From contig OZ076414.1 in NCBI GenBank assembly GCA_964187785.1, positions 39,928,001-39,992,000 on the forward strand: a DNA stretch of 64,000 bases. The letters run 5' to 3'. Under the pieces are notes generated by a model that had not been told where the DNA came from, searched no databases, and worked only from the letters and a program-made list of their open reading frames with translations. Positions 13,476 through 26,651 of the stretch are shown one piece after another. A program made the position numbers and the translations under genes. Source of the stretch: Amphiscolops sp. MND2022 (Eukaryota). Each line of letters opens with the position of its first letter. The first letter of the stretch is position 1.

Positions 13476-14683
13476 TGTTACCGCGGCAGCCTAGGGGGTT
13501 GAGACAAAAACCTGTTTTCGTCGCCAAGTTTTGGTCGGCGAACCACTTGGATTTGAAAGATTCAAGACAAACTTGAGATTGAGTTTGAAATGACAATCAC
13601 TGTGCTTGACACAGGGAAGAAAACCCGACTTTCTCTATAGAGCGTTCCTGCACACCGAAGTGGGTAATGACTCAGCAGAGAAGGAGAACTAGCGTTCTTG
13701 CACTATCTAGACGATAGGGTAATAACTAGAACTAGGCTTCGATGGTTGGGTATTCAAAACAAAAAGTAACATTACAGCTTCTCATCAATAACATAATCAG
13801 TAACAACACAAACATCATCAGGCAACCTAACAAACAAAACAATTACAATAACAAATGCTTTTTCTTTTAAATAATTGAAACCAAACATAAACTTGGGGAT
13901 TCGCATGAGAGTACCTTTAGAAGGATTCAGTTAGAAAGGATAAATTAGTAGCACTTGCAGGGATCATTACATGCATTTGGTGATTCGGAAGATTTGCAAA
14001 TTAAAACAACGTTTGTCACCGTTGTTTTAAGTCACAATGTTTGAGAACGTTGCTTTGAACGTAACAGCACTGTTGTTCGTTTACATAATTTATGCAATTC
14101 AAGTGAATTAGCGCGGTGCATTGCTAGTGTCATGAAAGAAATATTGTTAATTGGGAGGCAATTGAAGCGTAGAAGACGCGGATAAATGAGCTAAGCCAAG
14201 TGAGGGCAAAGGTTTTATGATTACATTGAAATTGGACAAAGTGAGGGTGTGATGCTTTGCTAGGAAGGATTTACTGCAAGAATCAAGTTCATACTTGCAA
14301 AGATCACATTTTGTAGTCGGCAACTTTCGGACAATGAGCTCCACAGCTAAATCCGATGAAAGCAAGTTGATTCCTCTGGATTCGCTTGGCAGTTATCACA
14401 CCTTTGCCCCACGGTCCGCGCCAAAGAAGCTTCCTGCTTTCGAAGCTCCAATTCCTGAAGCATTTGCTAAAAAGTATCGCGAATGGAAATTGAGGCAGAG
14501 GAAGGAGAAGCCTCGGAAGCGAAAACGTGCGGAAGAAGGTGAGATCTCTGACTCTCATTTCGTTCGAGATCCTCGAAATGATTCGGACTTCAATCCCTCT
14601 AATCTTTTGGGTCTGTGGGATTGAATTCAATTTATTTTTCACTTGTGGATTCCTTCTTGGAATCCAAGCCAAATTCCGGAACA
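13476..14683 (-). repeat. BEL 5' LTR
   Basis: tgttaccgcg...tccggaaca, directly adjacent to the PBS at 13457-13475. Confidence 0.93.
14334..14624 (+). CDS. 96-aa ORF inside the BEL 5' LTR, antisense to gag-pol, with basic NLS-like KPRKRKR
   Basis: Open from ATG 14334 to TGA. The same-length counterpart in the 3' LTR (8082-8372) has no indels but has point stops. Confidence 0.45.
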   Translation: MSSTAKSDESKLIPLDSLGSYHTFAPRSAPKKLPAFEAPIPEAFAKKYREWKLRQRKEKPRKRKRAEEGEISDSHFVRDPRNDSDFNPSNLLGLWD

Positions 14684-15898
14684 CGGGTCATGTTGACAGA
14701 TAGTTTCAGTTTTGGAGGAAATTTAGCGTACTACAAGCTGTCAATCATGATTTTGGCGTTTTCACCAAAAGTGTTTTCAGCGCCTTGGTTTAGTTCTTCC
14801 AAGAAGTCCGTTAATTGCATGCTATTAGTGTAAAAATTGAGTCAATGCTATTTATGTTTCGCCGTAGCTTGCAATTCCGGCTTCACGTGTTTCCTCCGGA
14901 ATTTGACAAGTACGTCCTCTGAAGTTTGACGGTTGATTGAGTTTGTGTTACTGAATGTCTGTAGTGCTCCTTTTCTCAGCAACGAGTGAGAATGAACAAT
15001 TTTCATTCGTTCTGTCATTGCAGGTTGCAATTTAATCATCTAGTGGAACAAGTCCTCGAAGAGCTCGAAATTCTCGCTCTTTCTATCAAATATCATTAAT
15101 GTTGTCTTTACTGGTCTAGTTGTCATTGATTGGGGTTTCTTTTGCAGGTTGACCAATGCATTGGCCAACCTGTTGATAGGGTCCTGGGGCGTCTTAGGAA
15201 CCTCAGGTTCTGGGGCTGACAGGTTCGTGTCCAAAGAGAAATTGTGACTCAATTCTTGACTCTCTAGGTTCGGGTTTGAGTAGATTCGTCGTGTCAGGAA
15301 TTCAGGAAATTGTCGTTGGGTGTCGTTACCTCCTGTGACCATGTAAGGACTAAGGTCCTCCGTGCCTCTTAGATCAAAGGCGGACCTACACTATTTTTTA
15401 AGAATTTTCATTTTCAACCCAGTTATTTCATTAATGCTTTCCTCGTTATTCGATGACGAAACGGACTCAGTTACCCTATTCGCTGCAGGTATCGAACTCA
15501 TGATATTCTGAATTTCTGGGATCACTCTTTCAGAAATTGTTAAGCTAATAGCTCTATTGATCTGTAAATGCAGCGTGGACATCATGGCAACCATTTTCTG
15601 CGAGAGCCTCATGTTGATTTCATTTGAAAATGTTTGCATTGATTCCACACTTCTATTTTGTCTAAGAGGCTGGTCTTCATGGCCAACGTTTCTGATTTCA
15701 TCTCCATCAGCGGTATTCCATCTAATATGCAAATCGGACTCGAGGTCGTTATTGCCAATTGAATCATTGATCGTATTAGTTATTATCCTTTCAAGGGGGT
15801 TCATTTCTAAGTAAAATGTCCATATTTTCACAATCGGACATCATGTCCATCTCTCTTGACCTTCTACAATGCGCCTTTTAGCTTCTTGTAGATGGCAT
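14684..15898 (-). pseudogene. gag: Gypsy A gag 5' part, including an N-terminal extension encoded in the LTR
   Basis: MPSTRS*KAHCRRSREMDMMSD... at 15898. ORF 15391..15831 is in frame with MVTGGNDTQRQFPEFL...FDRKSENFELFEDLFH and then YFHSLLRKGALQTF-like and KHVKPELQATAKHK gag motifs. Confidence 0.85.
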
Positions 15899-16617
15899 TA
15901 AAATTGAACCAGAGAGTAGTATTGAATTGTTTCTTGAAATTTATAGATGTTGAACTTTCAATTTTTAAAATTCGGTTATAGAGTTAGATTGTGTCAGAGC
16001 CTTCTGAGACGCTCTATATATTCTCCCAGAAGGATGAGATTCCATTTTGGAGAAGTCATGCTTCTGAAAACAGGCACACTTCACCTAAAAATAGAAACAT
16101 ATCTATAAATAGTAACATGACGTATGAACATCAAAGCATAAGCAGCAAAATTTGTTTATGTGGCCGTACGGTTCACATAAACATATTATTAGCAACGTAA
16201 ACACATGCAATCTTGAATATTGAACCAATACATGCAAATTATATGTGAAAATGTAGCAATCCGGCCATAAGGGACGTAATGTATACATGTATATTGCATC
16301 AATGAATGAATTTCATGATCAGTGTCGATTATTTCATGGTTTGGGCCAGTAGAGGAAAATCCCCCTTTTGTACAGTATATTTCTCAATTCAATCGATTAG
16401 GGGACTGGCTGTCCACTTTCCCATAAATGTACATCTCAATAACCTCGCATGGCCGTACTAGGCCTTTAATTAATAGCATCAAACAAATTAAGCGCTGAAT
16501 TGGATGGAGGCTTGTGATTGGTCCAAAACTGAGTGGACTGCAGGAGAAAACACTTGATCTCGTTTCTTTTCCATGTATGCCTTGGTGTCCAGTTACTAAT
16601 AGTTCAAAATTCTTACA
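15342..16617 (-). repeat. Putative 5' LTR of Gypsy A
   Basis: Inferred only: it ends ...TACA immediately before PBS-like TGGTCACAGG, has a candidate TGTAAG start at 16617 and a CCAAT box about 100 bp inside. No partner LTR lies in the window. Confidence 0.5.
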
Positions 16618-16848
16618 TGCTAAAAAGTATAAACTATGAAAGAAGCAACAATACCAAATTCAGTGTAGGATTCCACTACAACGAATTTATATGCTAAACG
16701 GTATAAATCTATTCAGTCCAGGAGGATTGTCCCAGGCAGCGCCCGATGGTAGTTGTAGGGCACGCTGTACCAGTTTCCAGCCTGCGACACTTACGAAAAA
16801 ATCTACACAAGAATTGAACACAGCAAACAATTCCCTGCGATTCCATAC

Positions 16849-16981
16849 ATGGAACCATATGGTTTCATATGCGATTTTCATGCCGCTTCCATTCATACAA
16901 TTTCAAGCTGGTATTTACCTAGCGTAAAGTTTCATGAATGGAAGCGGCATGAATGCGTTATACGAAACCATATGATTCCAT
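16849..16981. repeat. Imperfect inverted repeat / hairpin (~48-bp arms)
   Basis: atggaaccatatggtttc...ttcatgccgcttccattcat pairs with atgaatggaagcggcatgaa...gaaaccatatgattccat. Confidence 0.85.
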
Positions 16982-17905
16982 TTTGCGATCATCGGAATAA
17001 ATTCATGTTGAGATTTCCTTCAGATTCAGTACAGATCTGTGAATCTTTTCCCTTGAGGATATGTGAAGACCATGCCACTGCTATGTAAGGACAACTGCAG
17101 ATCTGCAAGGATTTTTACAGATGTTCAAAGATTTTCTGCTTAGATTTTTCAGGAAAACGGAGCTTCTGGGAAAACAATGTTATGCATTTTGGACTTCTGC
17201 AACTAATTTTACAAGTATTTCAGCTCGCCAAGGCTCAGTCAATTGAAACTCTCAATCAATGAAAATTCTCGAGCAGGAAAGTTTGTACCCATCACAGTAG
17301 TAAATTTGGTGTCTGGGGAATGTTTGGTATTGGTTATACACGGAAATTTATCCGTTTCACTTGGACTTTCCAGAAGAGTTGTTCAACTTTGAGAAGCTCG
17401 TTTGCCACATTTACTAAGTTTTGGCTGATAAAATTAGACATATCTCGACAGTCCTGGTTGATAAAGGTGTCGATACAGTGCTGTTGTTGTATTGTTTCGG
17501 GTTTGCTGGAGTATTTTTTGTAATTGCAGGAGACTTGGAACACAATATAGTATAATATTGGCCATTTTCGTGTGGTAAATGTTTCCACAAATCCTGGAAA
17601 ACCCGTCAGGATCTGTATAGATCTGTACAGATTCGCACAGAAACATTTTTCAAAACTTGAATTAGGAAAACTGCATTGAATTTGAAACCCGCTGAATTGT
17701 AGAGAAATCTCAGTGAACAGCTGAAAAACTAGTGACGGAGAATGAAAACATTAAGCCTGAAAACTACTCTAAGCAGCTCCTAAAAACCAAACAATTTTTT
17801 CTTGCAGCCTATAAACATGTATGTAAAAGACTTGAGCCCAATTTCCATCACCTCAAACTAAGTTTTAATATTGAAGCGTAGGCTTTCGACAAGTGTGATA
17901 AAACG

Positions 17906-18562
17906 CACACTGGTACCAGAAAACTAGGTACTCGATTTCGTTGACAAAAAATTTTTAATCGCAGAGTTCAACACATTCAAATGGCCCTAAATTCCTAAAG
18001 GCAAAGTTCGGGCGTGGAATGCAAACAAAAAATACAAAGTTATAACACTTTGCTTCATTTTGACTTCTGGCGTTTTAAAGTTTATAATGCATTATCTCGA
18101 AAACCGCTGTTCGTAACAAAAACTACCTGTTAAAACCTTTGTACAAAATGATCACAAAATGCCGACTCTTCAATTTCAGTTCTTCAAAATGTTGCTATGA
18201 TGAAAATGCAACTGTTTTTGGCAGTTCATTTTACAAAAAAGCGTTTTCAGAGAAAGTGTTTTACAAAGAAGTTGAGAATGGTGCTACAAAATGGATCAAA
18301 GGTTTTTCTTCTGAACAGTAGGTTCTGAGATATTGCGTAAAAAATTGGAAAAAGTCCAAAACTCCTCAAAATGCCACATAATAAAACTTGTTTTAACAAA
18401 GTTTGGATTCGACTCCAAACAAAAAGTACCGTTATAATTCTGATCACAAACAATTAAAAGACTTTTGCTCGTGAGACATTTTTTTAATGAATATTTTAAA
18501 CGTAATTGCGCTTGGAAATTTTTTGATAGCCAACTCGGGTGTTTTTTTGGTACCTTAGTGTA
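17906..18562. mobile_element. Non-autonomous DNA transposon (MITE-like) copy 1
   Basis: Imperfect terminal inverted repeats (cacactggtaccagaaaac / gtttttttggtaccttagtgta) and colinear similarity to 25840-26651. Confidence 0.6.
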
Positions 18563-19339
18563 AATATTCGGATACAAGTCCGGGGGAAAGAGCCGTTGAA
18601 AATGATATTTTGACTTTATAAGAATTTAAAAAATATTTGACCCCAAAGTGATTGATTGTTCGCACCGACGATATGGACCCTTTGTTATTGTAAAGAACGA
18701 TAGTTCCCAAGTTATAGCAAAATGCTTCAGAACAATTTCACAGAGTGACCCCATCATCAGGTTTGCAAGCATTTATGTAGCTTAATGATAATGTGTTTTC
18801 TGTGCAGAGGAATCGAGATATTTCTACGAGATCAGAACTATATTTTCATACCGATTATTTCGAAATTTCATTTTATTCTGTCTTCATATGTGGCATAATT
18901 TTTTCTCCTGTCAAGTGTTCTGCTTCAAAAAATTTTTCTAAAATCTTGTGAAGGAAATTATATTTCGACAATTTCGTTGGATAAGCACCCTGAAGAAAAA
19001 ACGGAAGAGATTGCATACACTTTAACTTCAACTAATCCAAGTTAGAAGCGGAACCAGTGGAGAAAAGTTTTTATTGTTGACCCCAGAGTTTCCATATAAA
19101 ATACAGGTATTGCCCCGGAAATTACACTTTCAGTATAGCAGTTTAGAAATGAGTATTATGTCAGTAACTTTTGGTCCCTGTAATTTTTTCTATACAAACA
19201 CGTTCCATGTAATGTAGTATGGTATGACGTAAGAGAAAACGGCTCGTGGCTGGGCTTATTCATGTATATTTGGGAGATTGAGGACTCAGTTATCACAATT
19301 TTGAGTTTTCGGATGGCAAATCTTTTCAGGTGCGACAGT

Positions 19340-22300
19340 AATATATCTATTCAATGTTATAATATCAATGTTCTATTTCGACTTGATACTGAAAATGTCA
19401 GTTATGTGTAAGATCTTCAATGTACAAACTGATCGCTTTTTCCAAACTAAAGTCAATGATTCTCTTAAAACATCTAATGTAACATACATACTGTATACAA
19501 ACATGTAAATATGTATCAACATGAATTGGAATCAGAATATTCAGTCCAGTTGTCGTTTGATTGAAATGTGATGAAAGAAATAAACTTGGGCTCGGTATTT
19601 CACCGAATTACATTCTTCTTCTTGGGTTTCTTCTACACTGTTGACGATCCTTTTCTCTTTCTAAGTCCCATGGTCTCGGTATGCTTCCCCGTTGGTTTCT
19701 TCCGTTGAATCCTGAAACAGATTCCAAACTTCCATTTTTACTATGTCCAGAAGATTCCGTCTATAGTACCCCCGTATCTACTCGCTTGCCTACTTTCCCA
19801 ATTCGATTTTTTGGAAGGTGAGTTTTCAGTTATTACCTTTTTATTTTTAGTCTTACCAGATTGACATTCGCCGTCAATGTGAAGGTTCAATTCATCTTCG
19901 GGGTTAGTATGTACTGATTTGTATCCGTCTTTTTGAACGTATCTGTGTTTTCCATTTCGAAGTCAAATTCATCTTGGTCTTCTAATTCTCCTTCCTCACT
20001 CTCGGATTCGGTTTCCGTTTTCCAGAAGCGTTTCTGTATCGTTTTCAGCTTTCCATTCAGTATGTCTCTCAAAATCGCTTTCCACTGAATGTACTTTCCT
20101 TCCATCCCACGAGGCATTGCCAATATTTCTAGTTATTTTGTTGCTGTATTGCGGGGCCCTATCTTCTTGTGACTTTGAATTGTAATTGGAGGCAAAATAT
20201 GTTTTCAGCGAATCAATATTCCGTCTTCCGTGGTTTCAGTATCTCTTCCGCTTACTACTGCTTGTATTTTCATTCTAAATTTCCCTTTTATAATTTTTTC
20301 GTGATTATTTTCTACAAATTCACTAACGAAACGTTTCTTCTTGTCGTTTCTCCACCGCTTTCTCATCGGCCTCAGGACATTACCAGAATACTTGGCCATT
20401 ACTATGGTTTTGACCATTACAAGAGAGTTCGACATGTCACCTCGTTTATCTCTGGTCACGAACATAGGACGTTTTGACTTTTTCACCGCTGAAACAGGTA
20501 TTTTGCACCCATCAGACAGTTATGATTTACAGTCTTCGATTAGTTTGCTCAATTCGGTTCTGGACGTTCTACCATGGTAAATTCTGAATGGCGTTAATTT
20601 GATTTCCGTGTGTGTCTCAATTCGCATTACTTTTCATGCTCCATTTACACTTTCGGTCAGGCATGAATTCTTTTCCCAATTGACTTTTATCCGATTCTTT
20701 ATTCTTTGAATTGTTCGCTCGACTGCTTTCGTAACCGGATGTAATCTCGATGTACAGTGTTCTATGTCAAAAACTTTTGCTTTGCGGAATTCGGCTTAAT
20801 TTTTTGAAATAAAGTTCCGATTTTATCCTATTTGACAACTTTTCAGTATTCCTTTTAATTGAAAATCTGCGTTAGAAATTTCATGACTTCTTTAGCCCGG
20901 ACATTTTTTGCTGTAGGCCATCCACCAAATCTGTCAATCCGTAAGAGACTTTGGCTCTCTTCGTTTAAATTTTGTTCAGTAATTTCCCTGAAAAAGCAAT
21001 TCGAATTTCTTGTGTGTGTATTCAATAGTCCGCTAGCGGATTTCGGTTTTTGATATAATAACTTCTTACCAATTGCTAGGCATGATGTACAGTTTTCTAT
21101 TATTTCTTGGGTGTTTCGCGTAATGTTGGGCCAGCTGTAGATTCTTGCGTCTACTGTCATCTTTGGTGTCCATAGTGTAACCTGTCGAGCAGTTCCGTTC
21201 TGAGTTCACTTGGAACTAAGATTTTAGTATTGTTGAATAACAATCCCCATGTCTTCGATAGAACGCTGAATTGTTGCCTGTGATTCTGCGATGCCATATC
21301 GCGGTTATTTCTATTTGTAGCACTTTTCACTGTGTTCAGATCCGCATCGGATGCCAATTTTGCTATCATCGATTTTAGATACAGCTAAGATCGTTTCTTG
21401 TGTAGTTTTTTCATAGTGATTTCTATTCCATTCTTCTGTAAATTTGTAGACTGATCCGACGGTTGTCTCCCCTAATGATCTATTGGTCTGACGTTCTTTA
21501 TCAGTTTCCGGGTCAATCGATCTTTCCTCTGGTTGTTGTTATTCCATTTCTGTGGCTTGTGCTTCGTCTTCGGGCGCTGCCATTGGTTGATAACCTCCAC
21601 TCAAACGGCTTGCGCGGTGTGTCAGTTCTCCATCAATCTCTGCGAATTATTCTCTGTTTCTTTTGTTCAGTCTAGACGGGACACCCAGATTGGCTTTTCC
21701 GCGTCCTCATCATATCGCAGTGGAAATAACTGCCGCCTTTTTTTGTGGTTTAGTTATTGGTAAATCACAGCTTTGCATTTTATCGCATTTGAACTTTTGT
21801 GAATCGTTTGACACTAGTTTCTGTTTGTTCTTTTAGTTTGTTCACGTTTGTGCTCTTTTGAATGTTTTATAGTTTTCCGATTAGCTACGTCAAATATACT
21901 CGTGTGTCTCTACGCTGTTTGGAGTGATTTGTGATTCTCTCTGTATATTTTTTCTGTACTGGCGCCCTCTACCGGATTTCGGCTGAGAAAATCAGTGAAT
22001 TTTAGGTTGGTGACGGCTGTGAGCAGTATTGCGATATTGAAATGTGCTAACCGATCAGAACATCTTGTTAGTCTGGCGCGGTTTGCTTGTTGCGTGTATT
22101 TTTTAAATTAGTGTTGATAGAGCTTGGTGGTCGGTTTATGAAACACCTTCTTTTCGTTTGAGAAAAAAACGAAACTTGTCAAATCTCCAGACAACTGCCT
22201 TTGAAGTCCAGTTTTCCCATTGAATAATGTTGCTCAGTCGTTCGAGTATCTACTTTCGTTCACTAATGGTTTTAATTCTCCGTCCAAGTGTTTTTGCCAC

Positions 22301-24560
22301 AATGTGATTCCGAGACCGGTGTTGCTTGCATCGGTTGTTACGACATTACCTTTGTCTTTCGCGTAATGTGCTCAGCCCAGTTCTTCAGTCAACATGTTCT
22401 TCATAATTGTGAAATCGTATTCTTGTTTTTCTCCCCATTTTCATTTTGTATTTTCTTCACCATTTTTTGTAACCAATTGGTCCGTTCCAAAAGTCTTGTT
22501 AGGAGCTTTGTCAAATTTTTTATCGGTCTGAGGATAAAATTTAGTTGTTTCTAGTTCTCCGGGTGATTCAAACCTAAAACCGCCCTCCCATTTTCTTCAT
22601 TCGGTTTGTTTCCGTTCTCATCAATTTTGTCTCGCAGCCAATTCATTATGTTTTGATTTTCACTTGCTTGCCGGCGGCTTCTAATTTTTCCAGTGCGTTG
22701 AATAGTTTCTTCTCGTGCTCTTCTTTGTCTCCCCGTGTCACAACTATTACGTCATCTAACTATGCTGGTGTACATTAATCTAATGATTGGTCAATTTTTC
22801 TTGAAGTTTATCTGCCAATCCGTAGTATCCTTTTTGAATTGATAGTATATACTAAAACTCCTTCCAGTTATGGCGAAAACACATTGTCGGCCTGTTTCTT
22901 CTGATAACTTCATATGGCCGTATGCGTAGTCCAAATCAAATTTCAAAAACATTAATTTTTTCGTTTGGTCGTTTGATATTCAACCAAAATCTAATTTAGA
23001 AGTTTTTCTCATATTCGACATGTGTCGTCGGGTGTTCATGCAGCTGTCATTCTATTTTCTCGCAGCTAATGCAATGTTCATCAATTCAATGTTTTCACGA
23101 TTACCAATTGTGAAACAAAAAACAATATCCGTCTACTTGTTTCACTTGCATAAAGTCCCGGTTTCAGTTCTATGTTTCTCTCGGCATCTGTTTTAATAGT
23201 TCAATAGTGTTGTTTTCGAATAGGTCCGGGAATTGTTGATAATTCGTTGCTCTCGTCCAATCCGATGTTTTCAATTAATGGCTTGAAATTCGTCAACCAG
23301 CACATTCTGAGCAACGCTGTTATATATCATTTCCTTCAGTGATTAAAATCAGCTTCGTTTGTTTGTTGTTTTCTTATTCGAGATGTACCGGTTTTTCGCC
23401 TGAGTTTCATTTCGAGCTTTACGAGTTTGTGCCGGTTGATGATCTTTTGCATATCACCTTCCTTCATTCTTCCGTTATCCGTCATCATTACGTAAATTGG
23501 TGATCCGGTATCTATTATGAATACCTTCATCATTCCGTTCATCTTCACATTTGTCGTCAGGGAATTGTTTTTGTCTACTACTCCACTAAAGCCTTCCAAT
23601 TTTGTAGAGACTCAATTCTGATTCATCAATTTCCTCTCCAATCGCTTCTTTCTCTTTCTTGGTTACGTTGTGTAATTTGCAATTGTGACTTTTTCCTAGT
23701 CTGCAAGCTCTAGCGAAATGGCCCTTCTTTCCGCAGTTATTGCACGTTTGATCCATTGCGAGGCATTTATGGGTGGGTTCAAGTTCGATGCGTTTAGGAA
23801 CTTGCATCGTCCAATAATATTGAATTTGTTCTTTGGTCTTGTTGCAAATCTCTCCGTTCTATGGACTTAGTTCAACTTTGATTTCTTTCTCCCTGGTTGA
23901 CGTCAGCTCTTGTGGTATCATATTTTTGTTGTTGTTCTTCTCGTATGTTTTTTGTTTATTTTTTGTCGATCGTTTTCGTTTTGCGTTTTTTCTTTTCGTT
24001 TCAGTTTGTTTTGTCAAGAAGAATTCTCCGCTAATGTACTATAAGTTTTAGTTTGGTACAAAATGTTCGTTGAATAACTGTGTCAAATCTTCAAGTGCTA
24101 TGTTGCCTAGTTGGATCTTTTTTGTATTCCGCCTGCTTTTCCGGATCAACAGTTTTGTGTCATTTCGACTCCTCGTATTAATTCTGCTATACCCATTTTG
24201 TATATTTTCTTTGTGCATTGCTGGAATCTTTCGAATCATTGCTTCGGTTTATATAGATTCTTTCCGCCAGTAGTGACCTCGTCATTGTTTCCTCTTGATG
24301 GTTTATGAGACGTTTCTTCCGAATTTTTTGAATGTCGTCAGAAGGCCCCCTTCAATTGTTTAAATATTTTACAACAAACTGGATTTTCCAAAATCCCCCA
24401 ACGCGTACCTCTTTCAGACTGTTCGTCATAGTGAGATTTTTCAAAAAGAATATTTTTCGTCTTATAATTTTGATAAAATAACAGGAGTATCTTTCTGCAA
24501 GTTTAATCGGGCCGTTCTTGCATGTTTGGGTCTGCAGCGACATGTAAAAGGCAAGGAGGT
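19340..24560 (-). mobile_element. Heavily decayed Ty3/Gypsy element C
   Basis: Minus strand: gag (LFNEHFVPN; CNNCGKKGHFARAC), protease IIDTGSP (~23510), RT (DLDYAYGH...LDDVIVV, ~22660-22960), RNase H remnant, integrase Zn region (LHYGH...WPNI...CTSC) and core. Purine tract AAGAAGAAGAA precedes TGTAATT at 19612. Paired LTRs are not recognisable. Confidence 0.88.
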
Positions 24561-24948
24561 GTTCACCATTTTAGCATTTAACAGCTTGTATACGATTTAT
24601 ATGGAACAGAGCGTAATCTGAATCAACCAAAATAAACAGATGATGGGGAAAGCTGAACTAGATCACGTTAGAATATATCAAACTGTTTTACTCATATAGC
24701 CATTTTGACAGTTAAGTGTTTCATTTTATGCGACAAAAAACACAGTTTTATCGAAAAAAAAACAAAAAAGCACATTTTGGATTGTGCGCTCCAAAACAAA
24801 AAACCTGAAATTTTGCAATTGTGCATTTCTCCTGTTTTCTTCATGAAGCTCTTCTGAATAAAAAAACAGTGGCTTAGTGGCAGAAACGACAGAGGCTTGA
24901 TGTGGGTCATGGTTAGATTACACTAGAAATACAGGTCTTTGCTAAGAA

Positions 24949-25552
24949 AACAAGCCTGGAACGGCATCGCTAGATCAGCGCCCCGCTTAAGGCTCAAAAA
25001 TTGCAAAAGGTCTTCAAAGCGTCAAGTATTCTCTTCCATAGTACCCGAAAATCCAAAGTGGTGCCGAGGTTTGTCCGGGCCCCTGTCGCGCTAGGCTTTT
25101 AGCTCGAAGTCCTCTTGTCTAGTGAAACGCAACTTACTTCGAATATAACGTCAAAAATTCGGGATAGTATGGAGAAAAATTTTGGGGAAATTTTTTTAGA
25201 AAACCTAATTTTAGACAAAAAGTAAGAATTTCGAAAGTCTCGTAGTGCCGAAAAGTGTCAAAGGGGACCTTTTGGGCTTTTCTAACGTCCAATATATTGC
25301 AAAATATCAAAAAATTGAAGGGGGACCCCTTTGGAGTCATTTAAAATATTTCGAAAAAAGTCTCGTCCGGTATTTTATGTTTCGCTTAAAAAGGAACAAC
25401 TATTAGAGTTCAGTTCACTGGGCCAACTGGTACAATTTGGCCCCTTAACATTTTGTAGAACTTTGTAGAACTATTTTGGTCAGTTAGTGTGGATTGAAAA
25501 AAAAGATTAACTATTATAGTTGCATTTCGCTTCATGAAGCGACGACTGAAAA
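24949..25552 (-). mobile_element. Helentron-associated (HINE/DINE-1-like) non-autonomous element
   Basis: Reverse-complement homologue of 45747-46211: CTTGTT end, degenerate AGTCG(G/T)CGC subterminal motif and internal AAAGGGGACCCTTT repeats. Confidence 0.6.
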
Positions 25553-25839
25553 TGGAGCAAGTATAAGAAAAGCAGACAAACAACTTGCCAGAGCACCCCT
25601 GAATGAAGACGTTCAAGTTTATTTATTATCAAGCCCACTTCTTTGGGACTGTAAGAGTGTGTCAAGTTTTGTATAAGACGACAGTCTGTTTTCATTGCCA
25701 ATTTTTCGAATATTCGAATTGTGTGAACAATAAAGTTCATGGTCGATGACAATTTGGCTATTCTCTTTCAAGCAATCGGAATCAGGAGATCCCTCATTTT
25801 ACACAGTCTTAAAGTTAAATGAAATAAATGAGTCATGCG

Positions 25840-26651
25840 AGCTGGTAACAAAAAGCTAAATACACTAGATTTCGCTGAAAAAAAATCAAATCGCAATAAC
25901 TTTTTGCATATTCAATGGACTCAAAAATCTCAGAAACAAAATGTTCAATTTCGATCAGAATTACAGGGTTTTTTGTTTTGCACTCAAACAAAATTTACAA
26001 AAGTTATAACACTAAGCATATTTTTGACGTTTAAGAATTTCTGAAATTTATCATGCAATATTTCGGAAACCGCTCTTCATAACAAGAAATTATTCCTGCA
26101 ACAAACATTGCACCTTCCATTCAGATCTCTAACTTTTGGTTTCAACACTTTTTCTGAAAATGCCCTCCTTGTGAATTGACATCGCAAAATGATCACAAGA
26201 TGAAAGCTCTTCAGTTTTTACTTCGTGAAATTATTGTTTTGACTGAATTACAACTGTTTTTGGCTGTTCTTTTTTCAAGGATGCATTTTCAGAAAAACTG
26301 TTAATTATAAAGTTAAAGAACAGTGTCAAGGCTACAAAAGTGATTGGGTGACCTTTTTCATATTATCAGTAGGTTTTGAGATATTGCATAACGAAGTTCA
26401 AAAAAATCCAAAACTACTCAAACTACCATGTACTATCCCTTTCAAAAGTTCTATTCGGATTCGAAACAAAAAGTACCTTTGTATTTTTATCAAATTTTGG
26501 TATACTTTTGCACCTGTGATTTTTCTGTAAAATCAATAAAATAAAAGATATTTCATTTTGAAATATTTCGTTGGCCTAATGAATAAAATAAAAGATATTT
26601 CATTTTGAAAGATTTCGTTGGCCGTTTTTAGCTTTTTGATACCTTAGTGTA
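25840..26651. mobile_element. Non-autonomous DNA transposon (MITE-like) copy 2
   Basis: Diverged direct-orientation homologue of 17906-18562 with the same taccttagtgta end. It contains a ~46-bp tandem duplication at ~26533-26623. Confidence 0.6.

Larger units (their letters stand above)
7209..14683 (-). mobile_element. BEL/Pao LTR retrotransposon, near full length, decayed
   Basis: Two ~1.2-kb TG..CA direct repeats. PBS-like TTTGGTCCGCCGATCCGGA follows the 5' LTR and purine-rich CAAGTTGGGCGGCA precedes the 3' LTR. Single gag-pol in BEL domain order: gag (LPKFSG, QYLKTSL), Cys/His knuckles, protease (LLDTSSE), RT (YIDD), RNase H (FDPMGWLAP), integrase (GMDFAGPF). Confidence 0.95.
1..16617 (-). 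mobile_element. Decayed Ty3/Gypsy LTR retrotransposon A (3' end outside window), interrupted by a BEL/Pao insertion
   Basis: Minus-strand order: gag 5' part (15898-14684), [BEL insertion], gag 3' part with CCHC knuckle (7004-7045), protease C-terminus (~6745-6620), RNase H C-terminal half (~6240-5950), integrase (~5600-4441) and pol tail to the stop at 3911. The 5' boundary at 16617 is inferred. Confidence 0.85.

Noticed and set aside
17334-17646. Possible host exon (DMSNFISQNLVNVANELLKVEQLFWKVQ)
   Set aside because: It looks protein-like, but I cannot assign a family or a convincing exon chain.
19340-19612. Paired LTRs for Gypsy C
   Set aside because: The sequence after the purine tract does not match the region upstream of the PBS-like site at ~24540.
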